From Paraspadella gotoi (taxonomy: Eukaryota > Animalia > Chaetognatha), in the NCBI GenBank assembly GCA_051294375.1, contig CM119264.1, positions 31,314,135-31,378,134 of the forward strand: 64,000 nt of DNA, in the 5' to 3' direction. The position numbers were made by a program, and so were the translations under genes. A model generated the notes under the pieces. It worked only from the letters and a program-made list of their open reading frames with translations, searched no databases and was not told the DNA's origin. Positions 1-11,891 of this stretch are shown piece after piece (within the stretch, counting starts at the first letter, position 1; each line of letters begins with the position of its first letter).

Positions 1-5
1 ATGTC

Positions 6-361
6 TAGGCACGTGGCATCTTCAGACAAAAGTTGTCACTGGGTTTTAGTTTCTTTTCAGAGCCATTAGAAACTCTTATTCAGATATCTCGGAATCTAAT
101 TTTTTTTTTTGTGGTGATCGCTGGTTGGTGACTGTTTCTATGAAGAGAAGCATCTGCTTTTGGTTTATTATTGGCTTCAGAAAACAAGTAAGAAAGACAC
201 TTTAAAATTTATATATATGCTGGAGTTTGTGATTAAATGTTGTTATTCTTTGCCCCCAGGGACTTCTAAAAGCAACAGATCAGGACTTATACAGACATTT
301 TCGTCAAGTCCCTGGGCTTAGTGGACAGTCGTTCATTTCGGCCTTTTAGCCACGTCGTCTA
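6..361. mobile_element. Possible MITE-like non-autonomous DNA element
   Basis: Imperfect terminal inverted match TAGGC-ACGTGGC / TAGACGACGTGGC, and an internal inverted repeat CCCAGGGACTT (~255-265) / AAGTCCCTGGG (~306-316). More AT-rich than the adjacent block. No TSD seen. Confidence 0.3.
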
Positions 362-3300
362 CTGAGACTTTTTGTCGTTCAGCATCTCCAGGGGCGTCTG
401 GAAAGAACACTGCGCGCGATCGTCTCTTCTGCGCCATTTTATACCCAATTCCATCTGGTTTTGACAGCGCAGAATTTTAGTCCAGTCAGTTAGAATCAAG
501 AACGCCACTTCTCCGAACCTTAGTTCAACATAGAAGTCTTCGTTTGCGGAACACCTGCTCAAGTGCTTCCGTCGAAGGCTCTTCTAATCCTCGCGGAGTT
601 TGCGGACCTCCACCGGGTAAGGAAGATCAACCTGGCGTCGATCTTCTAAGGTGTCGAACGAGTCGACCGTTTCCATCAATCGAAGGCCCTTGCAACGCCT
701 TCGACGGACGTAAGGATCCCGCGGCGCCTTTCGGACTGGCTTTCATTGCGATTAGGATCTCGGACTAGCGACGGACGCCGTTCGGGTAATTTTGGACACG
801 TCGACGGGATTGTGCACGCCGCTCCTTCTCGAAACCTTGGCAGTGAGATTGAAGTCGGTTTCGACTTGTTTTATTTCTTCGTCTTTGCGTTAGTCGGCTG
901 CACCGTATCTTTCGCGAAGCCTTCCTTCACTTCAACGCGTCAGTGTGCCATCGGCGGCGAACGAATAGGAACGGGGAAGATAAGCGCTGCCAGCAATCAA
1001 AAATACGATCGAGAAAGCTGAGTGCCGAAAGCCTTCAGGAACTCCCCTTTTCGGCGTCTTTGTGGACTTCGCCGCTCGTTCTTGTAAGACGAGATCAGTC
1101 GCGCTAGTGCGGGCGAAAAGAGGAGACAATCTGACGAACTTCAAGACGGCCCGGCTGATACCCTCTCCCAACTTAGCATCCGAGAATCGACAACCTTCTT
1201 CAACGGCGGACATGACTCTTTTTTCCCGACGAGTCGACCCTTCAGGAATCAACGTCTTCCTTCAAGAACCTCAACGGTCGACCAGGTTGGTCGCAGGCTC
1301 AAGCGATTTCGTACGATCGCGCCAAGGCCGCCCCGACGGAAGAAAACATCGCGTGAGGCCAACGCGATTAACTTCACTCAAGGCAACTTGTGAAATTCAT
1401 TCGTTCCACGATGAAAGACGGTATATGGAATGACGACGGCGTTGGAGGCTTTTGTCTGAGCTTCCTTCGATCGGTTCTCAGCAACATCCTCGGGCATTGC
1501 CTGTCAGCTCCAATTCGCTGGCCAATTCTATGGTCGACACTTGTTTCATCGGTTGAAAGCATAGGATCGACAGGACGCTCCGTATCCGCCGCAGCACGGA
1601 TGCGACGACGCAGAAGGAACGGAGAATACCCCAACTGTCCTTCAGCTGCAAACCATCCCCGACGACGACTACGCTTGCGTCCAACCCGACCATTATCGTC
1701 CCCTCCACGACTCTTGAAGATGACTTCGAATCGCAACGTCCGCTTCATTTTCCCGTTGACGCCGTTTCGGCGCTTGACGGATTGATTCCAGCGCACAAAA
1801 ACTATCGACACGAAGTGTGGGGTTGCGTTAGCCCAGGAGTTGCCAGCCGGCGTCTGGCGCTTTGCTCAGCATCGCAGCACGCCTGTTGCGGCATCTCAGG
1901 GACGGACGTCGCCAAGTAAAATCTGGATCGACGAAGAGACAGAGTCTTCAACAAACATCAATTTGTCGCCAACGAGAATTCAATGGTAGCTCGATTATGA
2001 TGAAGCGTCTCGCGTCGGCGTCGATGGAATGTTGCGCCAGGATTTTTTGTCAGTTTCGAATCTTCATGGAGTCTCGGATAGATTGAGAGAGTTGCAGTGA
2101 ATCGGCGTGGGACTACGACGTGTTGTGCGCGCTGCCGCCGAAAACGCAAGTAGGACGAGAATGGAAAGAATTGAGAGAAGAAGTGATTTGCCAGAGGCCT
2201 GGTAATACAGGTTCTTGGCGAAGTCGAGAGAGCCTGTTTCAACGTCATACGCCTTCAGCGAAACATCGCGTACGCCCGAGTCGTGGCTCAGTCAAACTTC
2301 CCCCCCGTCATTGAGCCCTCCTCTCCAACAGCTCCGTCAAACCGTTTTCAAGCTCCATCTCCGTCGAATGATTTGACGATTCACAGCATGAATCGCCGTC
2401 ACCTCTCAACGAAGTCGCGTCAATTCGTCGACGACACTGTGAACGTCATCCGCCGTGAAACCGGAAACCTGGATCGAGGAGGCGGTGGGCGTTGGAACGG
2501 AAAGCCGATGGCGTTCCGCCCGCCGGCTGATTCTCAAGTCCGCAGTCGTTTCAATGGATTTTGCGCGACGCAATATGGGACCTCCTGTCAATGATGGATT
2601 TGCGTCGTGAGGGTAGAGAACGGAGGGGTTGAATCCTTCCCCCGTTCCACGCCTTACCACGCCTGCCGGCGTTCCTGCCGCTGCGGCGTGAACGCCTTAA
2701 AACGCCGACGTTCAATTAAAAGGGACGTTTCGCCGACTGATGCCGGTAACGAACGTCTCTGTCGCCTCAAGGCATCAAACGGCGTTCCATCCTCTGATGC
2801 GGGCCGTTCGAGGCAGCCTTCGTTCCGCTCCGCTGCAATTGGCGACGGGTTTTTTGGAGATTCAAGCTCAAACGCTCGCCTAACCCAAATGCTCAGCAGC
2901 AGCGCCAAAGATCAAGCGTCGACGAAACTCGTCGCGTTTAGACTTTGAGCGGCCAACTTCGCGATTAACGTCAGCGTCTGCGCGTTAGAGGGCGCACGGA
3001 TCCAATGAAGTTGAAGGCAGCTTCCTCACTGGTTCGACGGTCTTCACGTTCCATTCGATCGATATTCTATCTCGGTAGACGCTACCGCGGCTCTTAGTGA
3101 CGCCCTTTGGTCTCCTCAAGAGAAGAGTGGGAATGAGCGGACGACGGCGGACGAATGATTGAACAGCATCCTCGGCGGTCCGAAGTCAACGAAAGGACTC
3201 CAGCGGGTCATCCACTGGTCTTCTACATCCACTTTTGCCGCAGGTGTACGACCTCGCGAAGGAGACGGACCGACTCCCCGCAGACCTTCGACCGTCGCGC

Positions 3301-6060
3301 GCCGTCATGGTGGATCTGCTCGCCAAAACGGATGCCACAACCTTTCAGTATGAAGTGGCTAAAAACAAAGTGGTTATTTTAGACAGATCTCATGAATGGA
3401 ACGACGATCTCTCATTTTTTGATTATCTTGTCTTTTCTTGCCATCAAACCAAGAAGTTCTCGAATCTTCAAGACCACCGGCGAAATGGACAAAGGATCCG
3501 CGGCGACGAGCACAACGCCGCGACAAAGAGACTGGCGCCCGAGGACGTCAACGCCGCGATCAGCGTCAAATCATAATCGAAGAAGAAGAAGGCTTCCGGT
3601 GGCGCGCAGACCGTTCACTGCATCGAACGGGTATACGCCGTCTCAGACACGTCGGCGCCTCGTCCTCCACCGCCAGGGATCGAAAAACTTTTATTACCAC
3701 GCGATGCTCACTTTTGCAAGAGACGCCACTATTCCTGCATAAGCTGCGAAAAAGTTCAAACGCGTGTGCCCGTCCCAGATCGTCGAAAATCTGTTGCGAC
3801 TCTTCAAGCCCCGCTGCTTTCAACTGCTTGGGTACCACACACGTAGCTAACCCTCGGAAGCGGTTCATCGTCTGTCAAAACTGCCCTACAAAGGAGCGCT
3901 TGCTTTTGGTGAACGAAATCGATCACCGCTTCTCCACTTTATCGACGATTGCAGCTTCGAGGATCACGCGGATTTTCAAAGTATCCTCAAGCAATTCCGA
4001 CATCCGTAAGAGCAGCGGGAAAATCTAGTCTGACGCCGCCGCCAGAATATCAGGATACGGCGCCGTGCGAAAGGCTACGTGGACTTTGCTGTTTAAGTCG
4101 TCGAAGCAGAGGGCGCGTTTCTGCCCTGCGGCACGCCAATCTAAGCGATCGTCGTTTGAGCAACGACCAGTCTTGTTCAGCTTTTGTAATATTTGGATTA
4201 AGGGACGGTATTGCGTTTTTTGTTTTTTTTTCTTTCTTACTAAAATATCCATTTTACAAAGGGAGTGATTGAAATTCAGCTTAGTCTCCGTTAAAATATT
4301 TTATTCTCGGCTCTGAGTCTATACTCCCTAGAGCAAAGTGGTAAATTGAAGTTATCTTCGACTGACGGATCGCGTTCCATCAGATTATGGAGGATGTCCT
4401 TCTCGCCGTCCGACGTCTTGCTGTATCGTGACGACGCGTCAGATTACCAGCCGCGAGAAAGATTTTCTACTCTTTATTCTTCCCCGTGAGTTCGAGATTC
4501 CATTTGTCCGCCGGCTTAGAAAGTTTCCGTTCTCTACAATATAGGATTGACGCGGGGACCGGTCGACGATCCAATCGGCCATTGGGCGTGCGTCTGGAGC
4601 GCCCTGCGGATAAATTCATTTGCACGCAACTGCTAGACTCGCAGTCATCTCGATGTCAGGCGCCGACCGCGGTGTAGTTCAAGCTTCGCCGCTGAGTTAT
4701 CCCGTGTTAGAATCTCTATATAGTCATCTGCATGATCGACACTCGCATGGTCGTCTCGTCTTATACCCGCAGTGCTCCCCTCTTCGAGCGCAAGCGTTGT
4801 CCTTTCAACGTGCCAGCGCGCGTGGCTTCCTGCTCTGTGGCGGAGCGTAATTCGTGTCGACGAACGTTTAAACGGGCGGACGAGTGACTGGATGCAATGT
4901 ATTTTCTTCACATCGAGATGTTATCTCTGGATCGCGATCAGGCCTACAGAGGACCGACGCCGGAAGCACATGATCTTCTCCAGGATGCCTCCGAGATGCC
5001 TGCGGGTCGTTATGTTAACGTCGCGTTCAAAGTTTAGTCTTGAGTAATATTATTATCCATAATGTCCCTAATTCCGTCTCATCCGTTCGAGATTAGTTCA
5101 TGTTTTAATTCGTTATTTTTATTGGCGATTTTTCCTCGCTTATCGCTCAAATATAGTAAATTGAGTTAAAAAAAAACTCGCGTTTTTTCTCAGTTTTTTC
5201 AAAATATCGAATTATCTAAATTCATGGATCGTCTTGGTAGACGATATAATATATATGTATACTACTAACACCGGCAAAATGGTGATATGGAATTGAATTC
5301 CATGATGCGGGGCTGATCACTCTTTGGATACTGGGATCGACGTGGCCCCAAATTACGAGCCGTCTAGTCCTCCAATTGGCTAACCAAAGACTCATCGGTC
5401 TCGTCGCCGAGTTCTGATCGCGCGGTCGGCTCCGTCCTCCGTCCGCATTGTGTCCCGTTCTCGCCCGATTGTTTTTCCGTTGCCTCGTTGGATGCCTGAT
5501 CGTTCCATTGCTGATTTCTCTCAGTCTTATGCCCCGCCGTCGTTATAACTTTTAGTTCTTCAACGTGGATCTGCGGCAACGAAGCATCCCTCTGAGTCTC
5601 TGTCGAAATCCATTCGACAGGAACGCCTCTTTCGCCTAATTGTAAAAAATATTTCGGTGCGTTTTAAAATGATGACCTTTTTTCTCATTTGTTTTTATTC
5701 GCGTCGTCCGACATCCGACGGCATTTGAGCTGGCGAGAATCTCTTCGCCTCGTTCGTTTGAGTTGTCTTCCTTCGTCGACTCGCCGGGGGGGAAACCACG
5801 CCGCTTCACGCTGACTCTCCGAGGCGAAGCATCCGATCATTGAGCCGATTCCACTATCCGGCCTCTCGACCGAGGAATTCATTCATCCTTTAACGGTCAG
5901 ACACATCTTATCACACTTGGATCCAGAGGCCGGCCTACTCGCTCTTCCTCGCCAGACGAACACCAAGTGACGAGATCTGGAGGGGCGTACATCACGAAAA
6001 GCGGTGCCTAGCAACACGACTCGTCGGCGGCGCGCGTTCTCGCCGCGCCCCGACCATGCA
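362..6060. other. GC/CpG-rich block of decayed, intronless, closely packed ORFs of unknown (possibly viral or large mobile element) origin
   Basis: Visibly much higher GC and CpG content than the flanking host DNA and free of microsatellites. Several protein-like frames continue through scattered stops (e.g. - 4252 to 3566, + 1862 to 2314). No recognisable domain. Confidence 0.5.
3566..4252 (-). pseudogene. Decayed ~228-codon ORF of unknown function
   Basis: ORFs 4025-4252 and 3566-3868 share a frame and are bridged by *IFPLLLRMSELLEDTLKIRVILEAAIVDKVEKR*SISFTKSKRSFVGQF*QT. The three stops (TAG, TGA, TGA) are each one C>T transition from CAG/CGA. Confidence 0.45.
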
Positions 6061-7781
6061 CCAAAATTTACACGATCGGATGCGACTTTAAACTTTGCCG
6101 TTGATTTTTAGTTGAGGGAAAGTAAACCTTAAATACCGAATAGCTCACCTCAAAGAACCTCACTCCTTTGTGTATATTTTGCATCTTCTCTCGTATGCAT
6201 AAGCCGAATCTAGTTTTTACAGAGCGCTTCGGCCGAAAAAGGAAAATTCGTTTTTCCTTATCTCGTTCAGTCTCTTCGTCCTCCGGTGACTTTCCTCGCC
6301 ACTAGGCCCACTGTACCAAACCTAACTCTGCTCTAAATGATCTTTCACGATTTAATTCTCTCGTTTATCTCATTTTCTACCCTGTTTTAAGGACCAATGT
6401 TTTCTTACGGCACCAACTTTTTGTTCCTGGGTGAGTACTTCATGTTACAGAATTTATATTTATTATTCGAGTGATGGACGGTAGCGGTTTAAAAACATAT
6501 TTGAATGTATCTACTTCTATTTTCGATTTCTCGTGATCTCTCCTCTGTNNNNNNNNNNNNNNNNNNNNNNNNNNNNNNNNNNNNNNNNNNNNNNNNNNNN
6601 NNNNNNNNNNNNNNNNNNNNNNNNNNNNNNNNNNNNNNNNNNNNNNNNTATTTATGAGTCCACTTAAACGTTAATTAGTACATGAATTAGTACATAACAT
6701 TTTATTTATGAGTCCACTTAAACGTTAAATTTAAATGTTAAAGCTAAACGTTAATTTTAAAAATAGACCCAGGTTAGTCTATTTAAACGTTTGTGTCTTG
6801 TGTTTCTTGTTGCTTCCTTTTTATCGAGCCTTGACCGGCGAAGCCGGGTCAGGCTCTATAATGTTTTAGGGTTGCTTCTTTGTGACGTAGTCGTCGTCGT
6901 CGTCGTCGTCATCCGTCACGCTGTTTTGTTATATAAAAACTACTACGCTTTTATAGGTTTGGCTGTGACTTACCGTTTTTTTTTTAAATAAAAATTATTA
7001 TGAATTATGATAAAGTTTTACAAAAGTGTGCAATCATAGTAAGTTAAAAAATTTAGATATGGCTTCTCATTTTTGAAATAGCTTTGATACTTTCTTATTA
7101 CATTTGGAATTAAGTATTTTTTGTTTGAATTTCCACTTCATTATGATTTACTGCAATATGCAAATAAGATTATAGTACTCATTATAATATCCAAATTAGT
7201 ATATAGAAATGCTTTAATAAATGTTATGTACTAATTCATAAGAAACTATAAAATATAAAGTTCAAGAACATTCAAAATTCAAATTTTTAACCAAAAAAAA
7301 TCAAGAAACAAAAGATACAAACGTTTAAATGGACTCATCAATAAAATATTATAAACTAATTCATAAGAAACTATAAAATACATGAACAAATACAAATACA
7401 AGAACGTTCAAAATTCAAATTTTAAACCAAAAATATAATATGCATAATTTTTTTAACTTACATAATTTTTTTAACTTGCAGCATTTTTTCGACTTTTAAC
7501 TATCTAGTTATCGAGTTTCATTAGTGAGGCAGTGAGGAAGTTGAAATGTGTGTCCATTTTCTTTGTTTCATATCGATTAAAATATTTTTTGTTTGAATTT
7601 CCATTTAATTATGATTTACTGCAATATGCAAATTAGATTATGGTAATTTTCTTTGATAGTAAAAAATGGCGAGATCACTATACTTTTAAGATTTTTTATT
7701 ATATATTCTCTCTTTTACTCTTTCTTTCTCCTTTATTTTTCTATTTATCTCTCTTTCTCCATCAATGGCTTTCTCTCTCTG

Positions 7782-7826
<45 letters not shown>

Positions 7827-7939
7827 GTCTTTCTCTCTCTATATATATATCTTTTGAAAAAGGACCATAAAGGATTGGCGAGATCCTGAAAATGGGAGAA
7901 GTCATCAAGAAGAGAAGGACAAGAGTTAAATCAGAGATG

Positions 7940-7985
<46 letters not shown>

Positions 7986-8732
7986 GCTCAGTCAAAATCA
8001 CGATAAAAACAATTGATCAAAGCAATTATATACGTACGTTTCAAGAATTAGGTTGGATAGATTCTTCCCATTTTCTATTTATCTTCTCTCACCCCTTCTT
8101 TTCTCTTCTCTCGTCTCCTCTTCTCTTTTCTTCTTTCCTCTTTTTTTCTCTTCTCTTTTCTTATCTCCATTTCGCTTCTCTTTAATATTTTTCTCTTCTT
8201 TCCTTTTTTTTCCATTTTCCTTCCATTTTTTTTCCTTATTCTCCTTTTTCTTAAAGTTTTTTCGAGATAAATTTAATCAATTTAATCAAAGTAAAAAAAA
8301 AAGAAGTCGTCAATGTCTGTCTGTCTGTCTGTCTGTCTCTTTCTCTGTACACATCGATTTTTTTGTCATCTTCGTTTAAGTTCTTTTTACGCAGAGAGAA
8401 AGAGAGAATGAGAGAAAAATGTCTGGACGTCTCATCCTCCGATGTTAATTCTCTCTCTCTCTCTCTGTCTCTCTCTCTCTACCTTCTTCGCTTGTTTTTT
8501 TTTGTTTATGATTACATAAAAGCTACTGTTATGAAAATTAAAATCTTAAAATGACAAGGTCACGATGAAAATTGTTAATTTCTTCATCATTATCATTATT
8601 ATCATCATCATTAATATCATCATGATTATCATTATAATCTTAACGAGGAAATTTTCATAATAATTTTTTTTTATAAAAAATGTATTCAATTCTCGGTAAT
8701 TTACGGTTAATACCCAATTCAATTTCAATTAG

Positions 8733-8793
<61 letters not shown>

Positions 8794-8883
8794 CTCTCCC
8801 GGGCATTTCATACCTAATTTAACATGCATTAAACTGAAGGGGTTCTTTGCTTTTTCCGCTCAGGTTTAGACGATCCAACTATT

Positions 8884-9871
8884 TTTAGTCGGATCTGTTT
8901 ATCAGCAGATCCCGACTCTATAATTCACTTTATCGGTCGGTCGGTCCACCCCCCCAATCTTGTCGGGCATTCACTTATATCATGTCAGAACATCAATTTA
9001 TGATAAAATGATGTCCATCTATATGTCCATCTCTCTGTCTGTCTGTCTGTCCGTCTGTCGGTCCGTCCGTCCATCCGTCCATCCGTCCGTTCTTTAGCAA
9101 AAAACTCCAATTACTCGTAATTGGGTGGTGGGTAGGAAAGTGTGTGATGAAGTTGCATATAAAGTTTCGATGGAATCGTGCGAGCGGAAATGAGTTTAAA
9201 TGGAAAAAACATACGTAAGTCGCATTTACTTAAATTTTTTACTCATTTCAACTAATAATTATTCTAATTAATTATAATTAAATTAATAGATTGAGATAAA
9301 ATTTTGTGTACGGGTAGGAAAGTGTGTGACGAAGCTTGATATAAAGTTTTGGTGGAAACGTGCAAGTGGAAATGAGTTTAAATGAAAAAAATATGAGTCA
9401 CTTTTACTTGAATATATTTACTTTTTTTAACCCATAATTACTCCAGTTAATCACAATTGAATTTATAGATTGAGATTTAAAAAAATAAGTCACATTTACT
9501 TGAATCTTTATTATTTATGATTACTAATAAATGTTTTAATTAATTAATCAATGTGAAAAAATGATGCAATTTAAAAAAATGATGCAAGTTGAAAAAATGA
9601 TGCAAGCTAAAAAAATGATGCAAATAAAAAAATGAATCAGTTTGAAAATATAATGCGAATTACAAAAATGATTAAAATTACAAAAAATGATGCAAGTTAA
9701 AAAACGATGCAAATTAAAAAAAAAATATGCAGGTTAAAAATGGTGCAAATTAAAAAAAATGATGCAGGTTGAAAAAATGATGTGAGTTAAAAAAATTATG
9801 CGAGTTGAAAAAATTGTTACCACTTAATTATCGTAGGCAGATCCGACATTGTTTGCTCAAACTTGTTTTTT
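8884..9871 (+). mobile_element. Helentron-associated non-autonomous element (DINE-1/HINE-like), family A copy 1
   Basis: T-run, then subTIR GTCGGATCTG with an adjacent inverted copy forming a hairpin, a (GTCC/GTCT)n microsatellite and internal tandem repeats. The 3' end has an inverted subTIR CAGATCCGAC, a short stem-loop and a T-run. Homologous copies occur elsewhere in the window. Confidence 0.65.
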
Positions 9872-10599
9872 AAACCCTGACTCAATTAATTTTACTCTAA
9901 CCAAGTCTAGCCTCATAATTTATGGAATGATCACTATCTTTTGCCTGTACAGGGTGATAGCGACATGGTTATGCTTTCTATCGCCACAGCGTTATTAAAA
10001 AATATCACTCGTAATCAAATTACAAGTGTATTTATTTTAAAACCGAGACAATGATTTTGCTGAAGATAAAAACCTTTTTCGTTTGGGTCTCTTGAATTGA
10101 AACACACTGTGTGACTCATATTTTTTTCACGGTGGATAAAGAGAAAGAGAAAATACAAAGATGCGGTGACGTGAATAATGAGTTCTATTATTAACAATTA
10201 AATATAATCTTATATAAAATAATTTATAATCAAATTATAAATTAATATATAATGATATAATAATAATATAACAGATATTTAAATGACAATTAATATTATC
10301 AACATAACTTTATATAATATACAATTAAAAATATTTATATTATAAACATATTATAGATTGTATATTATATTTATAAAATTAATCGGTCTACAATTACTTT
10401 ATAAAAAGATTGATAAACTGATATACGGGCAAGCAAATAAATTTAGATAGATTGATAAGGAAATCGACAGATGTACGGATCGACTGACGGACCAAATAAT
10501 ATCCTACCGAGATGCGTCACTAATTTTTTATCTTGAATGAGAAAAAAAAAGTTTGTTTCCTTCGCTAAAAGCAAATCTCGGTCTTGATGACAACAAAGA

Positions 10600-10639
<40 letters not shown>

Positions 10640-10873
10640 CGGGATTCGCGTTATCAGGCGTCAGGCGTCCATTAAGTTCTCGGAGGCGACGAAGCGACGA
10701 TAATCAGGCGATTGATATCTGGCGAAGGTGATGTAGAAAGATGGGGTGATGGAGAAGAAGGGGTAATGGAGAAAGATGGCGGATGTAGAAAGATGAGGTG
10801 ATGGAGAGAGATGAGTTCATGGAAGAATGACAATCTGCTGACTGTTTTATAACATACTGTATTTTCTTTGTAA

Positions 10874-10988
<115 letters not shown>

Positions 10989-11183
10989 TCCTAATCGACT
11001 TATGAAAAGCGTTTTTTTCCACTTGTTAATACTTCTACTTCTTTTCTCCCGTTAATCGTATTTCGCTTCGATTGGCTCATAAACGTTTGCACCAAAGTAA
11101 AAGAGATGTTTGCTCAAGATGAAAATAGATTTGAACCTTGGAAAAAAAGATTTGCATCTTAGAAATTTAAGATTTGTACTTTG

Positions 11184-11612
11184 AACAAGTTTGAGCAAAC
11201 AATGCCCGATCTGCCCACGATCATTCGCGGAAATTAATAAATTAATTAATAAAGTTAATTATTTAACTAATTAATTAATTTATTAATTAATTAAAAAGAA
11301 AAAGAAGCATAATCAATTATTTTGGGTTTTTTCCATTTTAACATGGTTTTCAGCTTAATCTCACACTTTCTTACCGACAAACAAAATTTCAAGTCAATCG
11401 GTTTATACCAATCATGAGTAATTGGCGTTCAAAGCTAAAGGGGGACGGACGGACGGACGGACGGACGGACTTACGGACATCAGTTTTTTTGCATAATTTA
11501 TCATAATTTAATGTTCTGACATGATTTAAGTGACTTACCGATAAGATTGGGGGCGGACCGATAAAGTGAATTATAGAACCGGAATCTGCTGTAAGCAGAT
11601 CCTGCTGAAAAA
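11184..11612 (-). mobile_element. Helentron/DINE-1-like family A copy 2 (shorter)
   Basis: Reverse complement of both ends and of the (GTCC)n core of copy 1. Confidence 0.6.
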
Positions 11613-11644
11613 AAATATTTGCCCCACGGAAAATAAAGATTTGC

Positions 11645-11801
11645 ATCTTGGAAAATAAGATCTGAGAAATTTAGGATTTTTAACTATGAAAAACAAAGGT
11701 TAAAGCTTGGATCATAGAAATTATAGACTTGAACCTTGAAAAATAATATTTGCACCTAAGAAAAAATATTTGCAGCTAAGAAAAAATATTTGCACCTTAG
11801 C
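11645..11801 (+). repeat. 157-bp direct repeat identical to 16999-17155
   Basis: Direct comparison. The first copy ends at an N gap; the second begins exactly at the hAT right end. Confidence 0.9.
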
Positions 11802-11891
11802 NNNNNNNNNNAGACGGCAAGCTCTGTTACTCGAGTACAAATGAGAATTTGAAAGAGACTTTTTGTCTTGTTATCGAGTACNNNNNNNNNN

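Noticed and set aside
362-6060. Alternative genetic code (stop-codon reassignment) as the explanation for the broken ORFs
   Set aside because: Interrupting stops include TAG, TGA and TAA plus apparent frameshifts, which fits mutational decay rather than one reassigned codon.
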